Shown: positions 49,216-62,487, counted from the stretch's first letter. The stretch is DNA of 64,000 nt from Octopus bimaculoides (GCF_001194135.2 NC_068982.1:16253292-16317291); one strand, 5' to 3'. Made by a program: numbers and translations. The notes: generated by a model from the letters alone, not told the origin.

Positions 49216-49687
49216 TGACTTCATTATAACAACTTATATATATATGTATATATAAAATTAATATTTATGTGAGTGTGTGTATGTGTATAGGTACATATAT
49301 ATGTATACATGCACACACAAATTTAAATATGTATATGTATAAAGAAGACATGCACAAATGAGATTCCTTATTAGTAGAGGAGTCATTATCTATGGATAAG
49401 GCACATATAAAGAAAATGCATGAAATAAATCAAATATTGCCCTCAATGTAACTTAGCTAAAAATCATCATCGTCATCATCATCATCATCATCATCACTGC
49501 CACCATTTAACGTCCAAGTTCCATGCTGTCATGGGTTGGACAGATTGACAAGACCCAATGGTTTCAAGGACTGCATCATGCACCAGTGGCTGCTTTGGCA
49601 TGGTTTCTACAACTAGATGTTCTTCCTAATGCCAACCACTTTACAGCATGTATTATTATTATTATTATTATTATTAATATTATTATT

Positions 49688-49731
<44 letters not shown>

Positions 49732-50260
49732 ATATATATATATATATNNNNNNNNNNNNNNNNNNNNNNNNNNNNNNNNNNNNNNNNNNNNNNNNNNNNN
49801 NNNNNNNNNNNNNNNNNNNNNNNNNNNNNNNNNNNNNNNNNNNNNNNNNNNNNNNNNNNNNNNNNNNNNNNNNNNNNNNNNNNNNNNNNNNNNNNNNNNN
49901 NNNNNNNNNNNNNNNNNNNNNNNNNNNNNNNNNNNNNNNNNNNNNNNNNNNNNNNNNNNNNNNNNNNNNNNNNNNNNNNNNNNNNNNNNNNNNNNNNNNN
50001 NNNNNNNNNNNNNNNNNNNNNNNNNNNNNNNNNNNNNNNNNNNNNNNNNNNNNNNNNNNNNNNNNNNNNNNNNNNNNNNNNNNNNNNNNNNNNNNNNNNN
50101 NNNNNNNNNNNNNNNNNNNNNNNNNNNNNNNNNNNNNNNNNNNNNNNNNNNNNNNNNNNNNNNNNNNNNNNNNNNNNNNNNNNNNNNNNNNNNNNNNNNN
50201 NNNNNNNNNNNNNNNNNNNNNNNNNNNNNNNNNNNNNNNNNNNNNNNNNNNNNNNNNNNN

Positions 50261-50300
<40 letters not shown>

Positions 50301-50428
50301 AGTATGTGTGTGTGTGTGTATATTATACATATATATATGTGTGTGTGTGCATGCATATACTATACATATTATATGTGTGTGTGTGTGTGCATGTATATTG
50401 TACATATGTATGTCATATAATATATATA

Positions 50429-50680
50429 CAGTAATCCCTTGCCATATTACGGTTCACCTATCATGGTTCACCTATCGTGGTTCACCTATCGTGGCTTATT
50501 ATCTAAGCTTACATCAATTCTTCTGTAGTGTTCTTTTGCATTTATAATGAAATCAATATATACAAATTATAAAAATAATTTTTAAAAATATACATTACAG
50601 TACTGTTTCTACTTTGTGGATTTTCACCTATCACCGGGGCTTTTGAAATGTACTACCTGCGATAGTCGAGGGATTACATG
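50429..50680. mobile_element. Tigger/pogo-like MITE
   Basis: TA-CAGTAATCCCT at the left and GATAGTCGAGGGATTAC(A)TG at the right; internal 14-bp tandem GGTTCACCTATC(A/G)T x3 at 50451-50492. Confidence 0.65.
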
Positions 50681-51547
50681 CAGATACTGTATAGTATGCA
50701 TTTAATTTTATTCATGTGAAAGGTTATTGGAAAAATGTTTATCATCGTTTTTACTGGGGTTGATGGTGCACAAGTGGGTGTTGTTTCAGAGCAGGACACA
50801 CTGTTGAACCAGTCAATCATCATCATCAGTTTTAACTTGACCCTTCCATGCTATCATTAGTCAGACAGGTTTGCCATAGCAACTGTCACAATCCTTAGTC
50901 CTCATTCTGAAGTCCAAGGTCCTGATTTTTGTTACTTCTGGAATCTTCTTTAGATTCCATGTCTTCTGCAATATGGATCTCATGAAATTATGGAGTAAAT
51001 GACCATAATAAATATTTTCTTTTGATGGTGATCTAGGTAATCAAGACTAAACTTTTTTCCCTCTGGAATAATACCAATGTTTTCTTCGAAACATATGATG
51101 GAAGTATAAAATTTGAATAACACCTGCGTTTAACTCCATTTATTTATTTATCTATGTTATATAAAAGCATTTCACTAAACCCTGGAATTTCTACCTTTAT
51201 AAGTAGGCTGTAACATCCTTGGTACATATGGGAATTTTTTGCTACCCTGGTAACTATTTATTTACTTTTTCTATGTTATTTGTACACATTGAAGAAATAC
51301 ACATACATTTATATNNNNNNNNNNNNNNNNNNNNNNNNNNNNNNNNNNNNNNNNNNNNNNNNNNNNNNNNNNNNNNNNNNNNNNNNNNNNNNNNNNNNNN
51401 NNNNNNNNNNNNNNNNNNNNNNNNNNNNNNNNNNNNNNNNNNNNNNNNNNNNNNNNNNNNNNNNNNNNNNNNNNNNNNNNNNNNNNNNNNNNNNNNNNNN
51501 NNNNNNNNNNNNNNNNNNNNNNNNNNNNNNNNNNNNNNNNNNNNNNN

Positions 51548-51583
<36 letters not shown>

Positions 51584-51586
<3 letters not shown>

Positions 51587-52065
51587 TCATCATCATCATC
51601 ATCTCATCATCATCATCATTATTTAACATCTCTGGTCCATGCTGGCATGAGTTGGATGGTTTGACTGGGTTGGCATGCTGCACCAGACTCCAGTCTGATT
51701 TGGCATGGTTTTCTATGGCTGGATGCTCTTCCTAACACCAACCACTCCAAGAGTGTAATGGGTGCTTTTATGCGCCACCCACACGGGTGCCATTTGCATG
51801 ACACTGGGGTGCATTTATGTGCCACTGGCATGGGTTCCAATTTGCATGACACTGGTATCTGCCATGACTGTGATTTTGCTCAGCTTGATGGGTCTTATTC
51901 TCAAGCATGACATAATGCCAAGGGTCTTGGCCTTTTCCTCCATGTGGCCTAACACACAAAAGGAACTCAGCCACTTTGTCTCCATGAAGCCCAATGCTTG
52001 AAAGGAACTTAGCCACCTCACCTCCGCGAGGAGCAACACTCCAATATAAATATATATATATCATT

Positions 52066-52105
<40 letters not shown>

Positions 52106-52340
52106 CCATCACCACCACCATTTAACTTGCACATTTCCATGTTTGTATGATCAGATGGAATTGTTGAGGCTCACTTTTCATGGTTGGATGCCCTTCCTGT
52201 CACCAAGCCTCACCTGTTCCCAAACAAGGTAATGTTTCTCCCTAGCCAGACATGATTTTGCAGAAGATTAGAAACAAACACCACTGCTTGTATGATGTTT
52301 ATGCTTGTTTACAAATATAACACAATGTTAAGACAATGAT
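51584..52340 (-). mobile_element. Two B-type retro-repeats (51584-51960; 52060-52340 variant)
   Basis: (CAT)n then ATTTAAC..., GGATGCTCTTCCTAAC and GGATGCCCTTCCTGTCACC motifs. Confidence 0.7.
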
Positions 52341-52777
52341 ACACACACACACACACACACATACACACATATAAGCACAAGCATGGATGCATGGTTAAGA
52401 AACTTGCTTCCAAACCCAGTGGACTTGGTTTAAGTCCAAATGCATAGAACTTAGTGCAAATCCACTCACAAGATTGGAAAGCAAGCTTCTTAACAACACA
52501 GCTATCTTTGTACCTGAAGACCCCATAAGCCAGCTAGTTCCAGTATGTGGAGCTTTCAACTGGTAACACTTGCATAAGCAAGCTGCTTGCAAATAATATC
52601 ATGTGTGTGTGTGTGTTAGAGAGAGAGAGAGAGGGGGGAGACAGAGACAGAGAAGGTTGAGGTCTATTTCATCTTTTACTTTGGAGGGTTCCAAAGGTCG
52701 ATTTCTGATGAAGATTCCTCATATTTTATTGGTAGCTTACTGGTGTAAGAATTTTGTGAATATGAAAATGCTACAAG

Positions 52778-52970
52778 TATAAGGTGTGTTATGAGAATTT
52801 AAAGAACAAGTATCCTGTAGAAACTCAAGAAACAGTTAAAGATGGAGAAGAGAAGATGTTAAAAAATTAAATTCTTTTCAAATTTTTAACATCTCCCCTT
52901 CTCCATCTTTAACAGTTTGATGAGTTTCTACAGGATACTTGTTCTATAAATTCTCATAACACACCTTATA
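52778..52970. mobile_element. Foldback MITE with TA ends
   Basis: TATAAGGTGTGTTATGAGAATT ... AATTCTCATAACACACCTTATA; arms of about 90 bp with few mismatches and a short spacer. Confidence 0.85.
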
Positions 52971-52976
52971 TATATA

Positions 52977-53410
52977 TAAGGTGCAGGAGTGGCTGTGTGG
53001 TAAGTAGCTTGCTTACCAACCACATGGTTCCGGGTTCAGTCCCACTGCGTGGCACCTTGGGCAAGTGTCTTCTACTATAGCCTTGGGCTGACCAAAACCT
53101 TGTGAGTGGATTTGGTAGACGGAAACTGAAAGAAGCCTGTCGTATATATATGTGTGTGTTTGAGCGTATGTGTTTGTACCCCCAACATCACTTGACAACC
53201 GATGCTGGTGTGTTTACGTCCCCATAACTTAGGCAAAAGAAACCGATAGAATAAGTACTAGGCTTACAAAGAATAAGTCCTGAGGTCGATTNNNNNNNNN
53301 NATAGAATAAGTACTAGGCTTACAAAGAATAAGTCCTGAGGTCGATTTGCTCATCTGAAGGCAGTGCTCCAGCATGGCCACAGTCAAATGACTGAAACAA
53401 GTAAAAGAGT
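52977..53410 (+). mobile_element. SINE family A, full length
   Basis: Head GCAGGAGTGGCTGTGTGGTAAG (A box) and GGGTTCAGTCCC (B box), CORE-like CCTTGGGCAAGTGTCTT, central microsatellite, tail AAGTAAAAGAG. Confidence 0.9.
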
Positions 53411-53422
53411 ATATGTGTGTGT

Positions 53423-53810
53423 ATCATCGTCGTTTAGCATCTGCTTTCCATGCAGGCATGGGTTGGACGGTTTGACTGAGGATTGGTGAGCCAGAAGGCT
53501 GCACCAGGCCCCAATCTGATCTGGCAATGTTTCTACAGCTGGAAGCCTTTCCTAATGTCAACCACTCCGAGAGTGTAGTGGATGCTTTTACGTGCCACTG
53601 GCATTAGGGCCAGTCAGGCGGTACTGGCAACAACCATGCTCAGAGGTGTTTTTTATGTGCCACCTGCATGGGAGCCAGTCTGGCGGAACTGGCAATGACC
53701 ACGCTCGAATGTTGCTTTTCACGTGCCACCAGCACATGTGCCAGTAAGGCGATGATGGCAACAATCATGCTTGAATGGTGCTTACAAAAGCCAAGGTCCA
53801 TGCAGTGTCA
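53423..53810 (-). mobile_element. Family B with internal subunits
   Basis: CATCGTCGTTTAGC...GGAAGCCTTTCCTAATGTCAACCAC followed by subunit repeats. Confidence 0.8.
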
Positions 53811-54417
53811 TGGGCAAAAAACATTTCCAACTTCTTGCCTAATGCGAGCCCAGAGCAATTTCATCTCTTACACTATTTCAGTAATATGTCTCTATTGTAA
53901 TGTGAGATAATACTTTCAGTTTAAAAGAAGCCTGTCTTATATATATATATTCCTTATGCATTCCAAAACCGAGTTACAGATTTTGATGTATGGGGTATAA
54001 AAGAATCAGTACTATTTCGGCTACAAATTAAACTTAATTTCCATTCACATATATGCATTTCAAAAATTTAACATTATAATCTTTTCCATAAATCAACTAT
54101 CATAAACATTTTATAGGATGTCACATTTTCTATGTGTATGTACCTTAAAAGACATCACGCATCACGACACACACCTTCACTCACTCACTATCTCACTTTC
54201 TCTCTCAAACACATGTGCACGTACACACACACACGTCCATTTCATATAGGTGTACATACATCTTTCACTTACTTTCTCTGTTCTTTTCGCTTTCTCTTCT
54301 TTCAATTTCTGCTCTTTACAAATAATTTTTTACGGATACAACTGCTTACAAAAATAAGGATTAATGTATAATTTCTTTCTATATTCATAATTTTTTGCTT
54401 ACAATATTGGAAAAAAT

Positions 54418-55020
54418 ATGCCACCAAAGAAAAGACATTATCTCTCCAGAAACAAGTATAAAGCAAGGAGGATTGTAGAAAATGGAAGGCCAGAGTCTGC
54501 AGAGAGAAGCGGGATGAGGTTTTCTCAAGATCAGCAAATGCATGTTGCAGCACTTAATGTTGGATCATTAAATCAATGTTTTAATGATTAGACAGAGATC
54601 CAACAGAATAACTCTCAGAAACAGATTATGTACAAATTCGTTCTTCACAACTCCTGTTTTCAGATATGATCCATCCCATTCTTATAAAAATAACTGTCCA
54701 AATTGGTGTGCTAAACACAAATTGTAATTTCTGTAGAGCTTTAAAATTTTCAAATGAAACAAATGGTATGTGCTACTCAGGCAGTCAGGTAACATTGCCA
54801 GCACTACCAGCTCCTTCTCAACCTCTTATGGATCTTCTAGAAGGCACTTCCATCCAGTCAAAGGATTTTCTGAACAATATCAGACAATACAACTCTGCAT
54901 TTCAAATGACATCGTTTGGTGCATCTAAGAAGATAGATAAACATGAATTTATGCTGATGTCAAAGTTCAAGGGCAAGTCTATCACCTCATTGGTTCCCTG
55001 TTACCCACAAATGAACAATG
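54418..55020 (+). mobile_element. Helitron RepHel N-terminal fragment (decayed)
   Basis: ATG at 54418 (MPPKKRHYLSRNKYKARR); IGVLNTNCNFCRALKFSNETNGMCYSG..LP..P..PLMDLL....SKDFLNNIRQYNSAFQMTSFGA; after a frameshift near 54955, KVQGQVYHLIGSLLP. These are motifs characteristic of the Helitron region upstream of Rep. Confidence 0.88.
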
Positions 55021-55027
55021 AAATATG

Positions 55028-55798
55028 ATTGGAAAGGTGCAAGAAAATTATTACATGGTTCAAGAAAAATTCCTCCATTGTAACGATCTTCAGATGAAAA
55101 GATCTTCACTGTCGATGCTGTTCTGGAGCGCAGAAATGACAGATTTATCGCAAAATCAACAGCTGAGATTAAGGGGACATTCAAAACAAAACATCTTTCT
55201 CAAGTTATGACTTTTGGTGTTGTGGCTGCCGATGGAAAGAAAATGCCTATAAAATTCTACAAAGCTGATGAAAAGATCAATGTTAAGACTTACTACAAGA
55301 CTCTGAGATACCAGGTATTGCCATGGCTTAAAGCAAACTACCCAGATGGTAATTATGTATGGACACAGGATGGGGCTCCAGCCCACACAGTTAGAAAAAT
55401 ACAAGATTTCTGCAAATCCATCTTTAGCAATTTTTTGGAATCATGCTTATGGCCGCCTTCTAGCCCAGATCTAGACCCTCTGGATAATGCTATTTGGGGC
55501 GTTTTAGAACATGCTACCAATAGAACATCACACAGCAATGTCGACTCTCTTAAAGATACTATTAAAGAAGAATGGGAGAAGTTGTCTCCCGAATATTTGA
55601 GGAACACTTGTGCAAGTTTCAGGAAGCGTGTGAAGGTAGTTATTGAGAAAGAAGGTGGACACCTAGAATAAAAATATTTTCTATTCTGTAAATTTTCTTG
55701 TGGCAAATAAATTCTCATGATTTTCAATAAACTAATTGGTCATACACTGTCTTCCAATCCCTGCCTCAAAATATTGTAAATTTTGCTTCCCCACCCTG
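55028..55798 (+). mobile_element. 5'-truncated DD37D (maT/Bmmar1-like) Tc1/mariner transposon
   Basis: Frame 55090-55671 is open: SDEKIFTVD, QDGAPAH and WPPSSPDLDPLD, with 37 residues between the 2nd and 3rd Asp. Right end CCCCACCCTG-TA at 55798-55800. Confidence 0.92.
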
Positions 55799-56262
55799 TA
55801 TACTGCAGTGATAGTAACATATGAACATTCCAACTTTTCAGTTGGCTGTCTCATAATTTCCTCAGTTCAGTCACTGTTTCTAGGCCAAACTTAACCAAAC
55901 AGTCCAAAGGCTTTCTAGCTGTGTCAATCCTATTTTCTATATATACATAAGATTATCCAATAAGCACATCCATTTTAAAATAGCAGAGTGTATTTGAGGG
56001 ATTTCTGGCATTTGTTTCTCATTTGCCAAACAACCACAAAGAGATTCTTTAGTTGGGCTGCATGTCCAGAAACTGAAATCTTAGTTTTGAACATTAGTGT
56101 CAGGCATTATAAGTTTTTTGTTTGTGCCTCATCTATTACACAAGTAACATAAACATTCATTTATGAAGATAGTGGTGTCTCTGATGTAAGGTTAAGTTTC
56201 CAGCAAGCTGTATCCAGGACAAGGTTTCAATTTCCAGTTGAAGCTATTTCACTTCAGTTATG

Positions 56263-56660
56263 CTCTTTTACTTGTTTCAGTCATTTGACTGTGGCCAAGC
56301 TGGAGTACCGCCTTTAGTCGAGAAAATTGACCCCAGGACTTATTCTTTGTAAGCCTAATACTTATTCTATTGGTTCTCTTTTTGCCGAACCGCTAAGTTA
56401 CAGGGACGTAAACACACCAGCATCGGTTGTCAAGCGATGGTGGAGGGAACAAACACAGACACACAAACACACATACATACATATATAAACATATATACGA
56501 CGGGCTTCTTTCAGTTTCCGCCTACCGAAACCACTCACAAGGCTTTGGTCGGCCTGAGGCTATAGTAGAAGACACTTGCCCAAGGTGCCACGCAGTGGGA
56601 CTGAACCCGGAACCATGTGGTTGGTAAGCAAGCTACTTACCACACAGCCACTCCTGCACC
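56263..56660 (-). mobile_element. SINE family A, full length
   Basis: Colinear with 52977-53410 in reverse orientation. Confidence 0.9.
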
Positions 56661-56983
56661 AACCTTGAAATACGATTGGAATAATGTAAGAAATCATTAG
56701 TTTTCAGTTATATACACACAAAAACACACATACACATGTATATAAGTCTCTAAGTATCAAAACTACAAAAAAAAAGGACAAAATAAAAACCAGACAAAAA
56801 TTACAAAATTACAATATTTCTCTTTTAATTAATTTCACACATTAATAATTAACACTCAATTCATAACACAATCTCAGTGCTTTAAAATTAAAGCAGGAAT
56901 TAATTTCCCATCAGAGAAGTTGTTTGTAGACAACTCTGGCTCTTTGCAACAAGCATTGATTCAATAATATTTCTAAATAACTT

Positions 56984-57170
56984 AAGGTGGCAAGCTAGCA
57001 GAATCATTAGTACACCAGGCAAAACGCTTAATGGCATTTCATCCACTTTCACATTCAGAGTTCAAATTTCACCAAGGTCAACTTTGCTTTTTATCCTTTT
57101 GGGGGTCAATCAAAAAAAGTTACACCCTCCTCTGAAATTGATGGCCTTGTGCCAAAATTTGAAATCAATA
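56984..57170 (+). mobile_element. SINE family M
   Basis: CAGAGTTCAAATTTCACCAAGGTCAACTTTGCTTTTTATCCTTTTGGGGGTC. Confidence 0.7.
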
Positions 57171-57263
57171 TTTCTAAATAATTTACCAACCACTCCTAAT
57201 AAATTCTAAGATCAGCTCACAGCCTTTCAGAGCATGGATATTCATTAAGAGGTAGATCTTTAA

Positions 57264-57608
57264 CCCTTTTGTTACCAACCAGGCTGAAACCGGCTCTGGC
57301 TCTGTAGTATAAATGTCTTCTTTTCATAAGTTTTGAATTAAAAATCTTCCACCAAACCTTTGTTACAATTTCTATACCTAACACTATCTTAGTGATAACT
57401 AAATTATTTTACTAAATTCTTTGTTATATTTAACCCTTTGAGCCCTGTCTTCCTGAAATTTATTTTACTATATACCTGGTACACCACAGGTGCTACGGTT
57501 TAGAGAAAAGTAAGCCATCCACCCATAAACCAGTGTTATGGGCTCAAAGGGTTAAAATAGTTGAAAGAAACACAGAGCATCTCAAAATAAAAACAGTAAT
57601 AAAAAGGG
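57264..57608 (+). mobile_element. piggyBac-type MITE PB-B containing a nested MITE
   Basis: TTAA (57260-57263) CCCTTTT ... AAAAGGG TTAA (57609-57612); body matches 23602-23809. Confidence 0.9.
57434..57551. mobile_element. 118-bp piggyBac-type MITE (PB-C)
   Basis: Perfect 12-bp TIR CCCTTTGAGCCC/GGGCTCAAAGGG; TTAA duplicated at 57430-57433 and 57552-57555. Confidence 0.92.
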
Positions 57609-57683
57609 TTAAATGATCAGAGTGCATATAGAAGAACAATCTCTAAAAATGTTATAAAACAGTGCACAGCATATGTAGAATGA

Positions 57684-57730
<47 letters not shown>

Positions 57731-58049
57731 CACACACATATATGTATATAGTTGTGTGATTAAGAAGCTTGCTTTACAACCATGAAATTATGAAAATAAT
57801 TACTTAAAATTTAAAGCACAATTAATTAGGAAGATAATATGCTTAGGAGAGATGCGTTTCAGTTTTGTACCAGGAAGAATTTACTAACAATGTCTTCCTA
57901 CTGAGACGACCACACCAGAAGTACTTCGCTATGAGTAATCCATTCTGTTTAGCATTTATTCACAGAAAATGCCTTTAACAGATTGCCACACTCTATAATC
58001 TAGTGTTAACTATGAATATTATGATTAGATTAATGGCTTCTGAGAAAAG

Positions 58050-59560
58050 TGAAAGCTAAGTACAAGGATCAGTAAGGTGGAAGTTAGCAATATATTCAGT
58101 GAGGTATTTTGCATTGAGGTATGAGTCCATCAGGGCTCAATTCTCAGCCTCCACTTCTTTATCATCATCATCATCATCCATGTCAAAACAGAGGATTTTA
58201 TGACCAGCCGCTATTCTTCATGGGAACTCTTGTATACTGATAAGCTAGATCCTACAACTGAATATGGAGAAGATTAGAGAAGAATCCAGACTTGGAAACA
58301 ACCTAGAATCAACAGGCTTTATTATTGTAAACTTCGCAAAGACTAAAATTTTAGAAAGTCAGAAAGAAGACGGAAACCCTGCCACCGTCACAGAAATGAT
58401 TGTACTCAATATGCAGAAAAGAAGAGGTAGAAATTCCACACCATGTATCTAGTGAAAACTATGGACACATAAGTGCAGTGAGACAACAGGTAGGCTGGAA
58501 GAGAATGGGGATTTTGTATGTGAAGATGCACAGGCGAAATTAGTAAAAAGAGTAGGCATGAAATATATTCCTTCAAATATTCAGAAGGTCGCCTAGAAGT
58601 ACCAACGTCCACCATATTAAGAAAGCATTGTGTTTGTGAAAATTTTGTATTAATGAGGGGCTCCATAACACAAAATTTATTTTCTCTTTTACTTCTACGC
58701 TTCATAGAAGTCAATAGTAAAATGAGCTTTATGTAATGAAATTCCATTCCAGTAAGATTTTTCAAGATGGCAACACTTCTGTAATGCAGGGAGATACCTG
58801 CAGTTGATAGTTTTTGTTACCAAGGTAACCTAATGAACTATTCAATACCCCTAGCATTATCTTTTATCAATCAACCTCTCTCCTCTCATGCTACCTATCT
58901 AATATGATAACTTTGGGTCTGTCCATATACATTCCCTACTACCATCATCTTTTTTTACCGCCAGATATCATTCTCTCACTCTCTGTCCGTCATCACTCAC
59001 TAATTATCATCCATCTCTCTCTGTCTAATACCCATCTTTATTGCTACCTATCACTCTTTCTCCCTCTCAATACTCCCTCCTTAGTCACACATTATTGACA
59101 TACATCCTTTTCTATCTCCCATCACTCCCTCCTGTTATTTTTACCCCTGTTTTTCTATTCAGTATCAGTACCAATGTCCAATATCTGCCTATCTTTCAGT
59201 ATTTCTATGTCTATCCCTCTCACAATCTTATACACTCTCTCTCCTCAACTCTCACTTCTGTTCACTATCTCCAGTCATGTTGGCTTGAATGTACAGAGAC
59301 AATACAAGACAGACAGGACACTTTAATCATGCCAAAGTGAAGATAACTAAGTCTCTAGAGCAGATACCACAACAGAAATGCACCCAGTACATTTTGTGAG
59401 GTGTTGACATTAAGAAAGTCATCCAACCATGGAAAAAATACCAAAAGTGATGTGTACAGAAAAGATATGGACCCCAGCCAATCAAGAAGAACAGTAACTC
59501 CAATTAAGAACTGATTTGGGAAATGCACTGTAAATGATGATGATGATGATGATGATGATG
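58050..59560 (+). mobile_element. RTE LINE 3' portion: RT, CT-rich block and (GAT)n tail
   Basis: VHQGSILS, WELLYTD (YADD-like), VNFAKTKIL, KLWTHKCS and SFKYSEGRLEV..VDSFCY (split by about 200 bp at 58602-58802), CT-rich 58850-59280, tail ending in (GAT)n near 59560. Confidence 0.78.
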
Positions 59561-60647
59561 AAAAACAAATATCTTCTTGAATTTATAGAAATATTCCATA
59601 TCCTTTGTTTCAATAAAATCTTTTGAAATATGTTCGTTACTTTAATTTGTAAGTTTTATTATTACCATTATCATTTTGTTATCTGTGAGTGTTTTTTTTT
59701 AAAGAAAATATTGATTAAACCATAACAAGCAATGCAATTAGGCCATTTCCTTCAGTACAAATAAAGACTAATGTTCTATTAGAAGACGAACCTAAAACTG
59801 AAAATAGAAATGTTATCTTATCTGACCCCTTATAACAAATAAAAATTACATATAAACCATTTTCTGACTGATCACAATCTTAAATGGAAAACATTATATT
59901 TTAAAGAAATTACATTTCTTAAATAGAAGCAAAAACAAAAACAGAAAACCATTCAGAAATAGATATGAAATGATAAATAGACATAAGAGAAACTTCAAAA
60001 TCTTCAACCATATAGAACATTAATGATTAATATTAAATGAACAGCATTAATTGTTTTTGACAGAATGAAATAGTTAGCAGCTTACAGAATCATTATCGAA
60101 CAAGTTTATCTACTGTTTAATTTACACAAGAATGTTGGGTCATTTATAATCTAATAAATCAATTTTATTAGATATTATATTAAAATGGTATCTTTTTATG
60201 ACAGTTGCAGTCTCTAAAAATAGCATTTTCTCTTATTTAAGAGTTCTCAATTGCATACAGACATGTGCATACAATCCAAAACTACTATATGTTAAAACAA
60301 TATTCCTACAAGATGATAGTGATAAGCTCTTTCTTATCAATAGTAATTTCTACTGCAAGCATAACTAAAAATTTGGAAAGGAATTTTATATCTGATCTCA
60401 GTGCAAGACTAAAACGTATTTTACTGACCTCGGGGAAAGAGAAATAGAAGCCAATTTATTTGCAGGGGCAGAAGAAAATAATCAACAAAATTAACGTCAA
60501 TGTAGAATTGGTATTTGCTTTAAAGAATCCTGAAAGATCAACATGGACTTTAACAGAATTCTTTCTCGAAATATAGCAAAAGGAAACAAAAGTATGTATT
60601 CCGATATCCTACTGTTACTGCAACACACTATAATCCATACATGTAGT

Positions 60648-60871
60648 TCTTTTACTCTTTTACTTGTTTCAGTCATTTGACTGCGGCCATGCTGGAGCAC
60701 TGCCTTTAGTCGAGCAAATCGACCCCAGGACTTATTCTTTGTAAGCCTAGTACTTATTCTATCGGTCTCTTTTGCCGAACCGCTAAGTTACAGGGACGTA
60801 AACACACTAGCATCGGTTGTCAAGCGATGTTGGGGGGACAAACACAGACACAAACATATACNNNNNNNNNN

Positions 60872-60916
<45 letters not shown>

Positions 60917-61082
60917 TACGACGAGCTTCTTTCAGTTTCCATCTACCAAATCCACTCACAAGGCTTTGGTCGGCCCAAGGCTATAGTAGAAGATACTTGC
61001 CCAAGGTGCCACGTAGTGGGACTGAACCCGGAACCATTTGGTTCATAAGCAAGCTTCTTACCACACAGCCACTCCTATGCCT
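60648..61082 (-). mobile_element. SINE family A, full length
   Basis: tRNA head, CORE-like segment, (TA)n centre and CTTTTACTCTTTTAC tail. Confidence 0.9.
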
Positions 61083-62194
61083 ACAAGTTGTTCAACTTCT
61101 ACAAATATAAGCCAAATCCCATTAAAATTACACCCTACTTCTTTAAAAAAAAAATGCTAGATTGGCTAATTTGAAACACCTTTGATCATAGACTTGCTGG
61201 GTCAGGGTTAACCTAGGGGCTAAATAGCAAGCCATCTTCTTACCAAAAACATTTGTAAGGCATTAAAAGCCATTCACGGAGATAATTTTAAATTTATATT
61301 TCACTGCTATGTGTAGATCTTTATGCCTGGAAGCAAAACAAAAGTTCACCTAAGACTTGAAAAAAACAATCTCCACAAATGTAGTTCTATAGAAAAGATT
61401 TAGAAAAGATTGAAATTCCATCAAACATAGATATTTTATTGGTACCTTGATATTAATTACAAGGTTTTATTGCTTACTTTATGTTAACCTTTCCATCTGG
61501 AAAAGAAAAAAAAAATAATGACAAAGTTGAAAGGTTTCCTCATTTTGTTTTCCTTCCATTGTTTATGATTTGTGTCATTTGTCAAATATCAAAGATAGAA
61601 GTTAGACATTTGGAGGTCAAGGTAGCTTATCTTTCATTCAACATTACACACGCACACACACACATGTATGTATGTATGTAGGTATGTATGCAAGTGAGTG
61701 TATCTGTGTGGATGCATGCGTGCTTGTATGTCTGTTTGTACATATATATGTAACAGAAGTAGTTGCTTGCACAGAATATTGCTAGCGCAAGCAAAGTAGA
61801 AAGAAACTGAATGCTAAAACATTAATATTTCTGAAGCAAGATCTAGAATCCTAAGAGATTAGTGGTAGTCTGCATCAGCAAAAGTTAATCTAACAAAGAT
61901 CATAGATAGGAGACAACAAAAATAATTAACTTGCCAAGGAATGTAAAATCTGTTTCAGACACTTGTCCTTTAGAGTGAAAAAAAGACAGAGACCACTACA
62001 GCAGTCACAAAGAATTAATGTTTATAATTGAGAATTCAACGTAATGTACTTCCTAGCCAAGGTAGTAAGTTAAGTGTATACTGTTAAATTCATTAAGTAG
62101 AAATGCCAATTGTTTAGACCCGGGTCAGGCTAGATTAAGCAAACTTATGATGAATGGGGTTCTAGCTAAAAGAAAAAGAAAAGAAAAGCAGTAT

Positions 62195-62487
62195 TCCGTC
62201 GGTTCAATGGAACAGCCTGCTCATGAAATTAAAGTGCAAGTGGCTGAGTACTTCACAGACACATGTACCCTTAATGTAGTTCTCAGGGAGATTCAGCACG
62301 AAAACACAAAATGTGACAAGGTTGACCCTTTGAAATACAGGTACAACCCATTTTAGCATGCTGAGTGGAGTGGAGCAATGTGAAATAAAGTGTCTTGCTC
62401 AAGGACACAATACACAGCTGAGAATTGAATTCATGGCCCTTATGTTTATGAGCTGAATACCCTAACCAAGCCATATGCCTTCACACA
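62195..62487 (-). mobile_element. tRNA-SINE family C variant
   Basis: Minus strand GTGTCCTTGAGCAAGACACTTTATTTCACATTGCTCCA after a degenerate tRNA head. Confidence 0.7.

Noticed and set aside
52977-53060. tRNA-like sequences with A and B boxes
   Set aside because: They are SINE heads continuing into multicopy bodies, with no complete cloverleaf; not tRNA genes.
54418-55671. Domesticated Helitron-transposase fusion gene
   Set aside because: The Helitron part has stops and a frameshift, and the segments lie in different reading frames.
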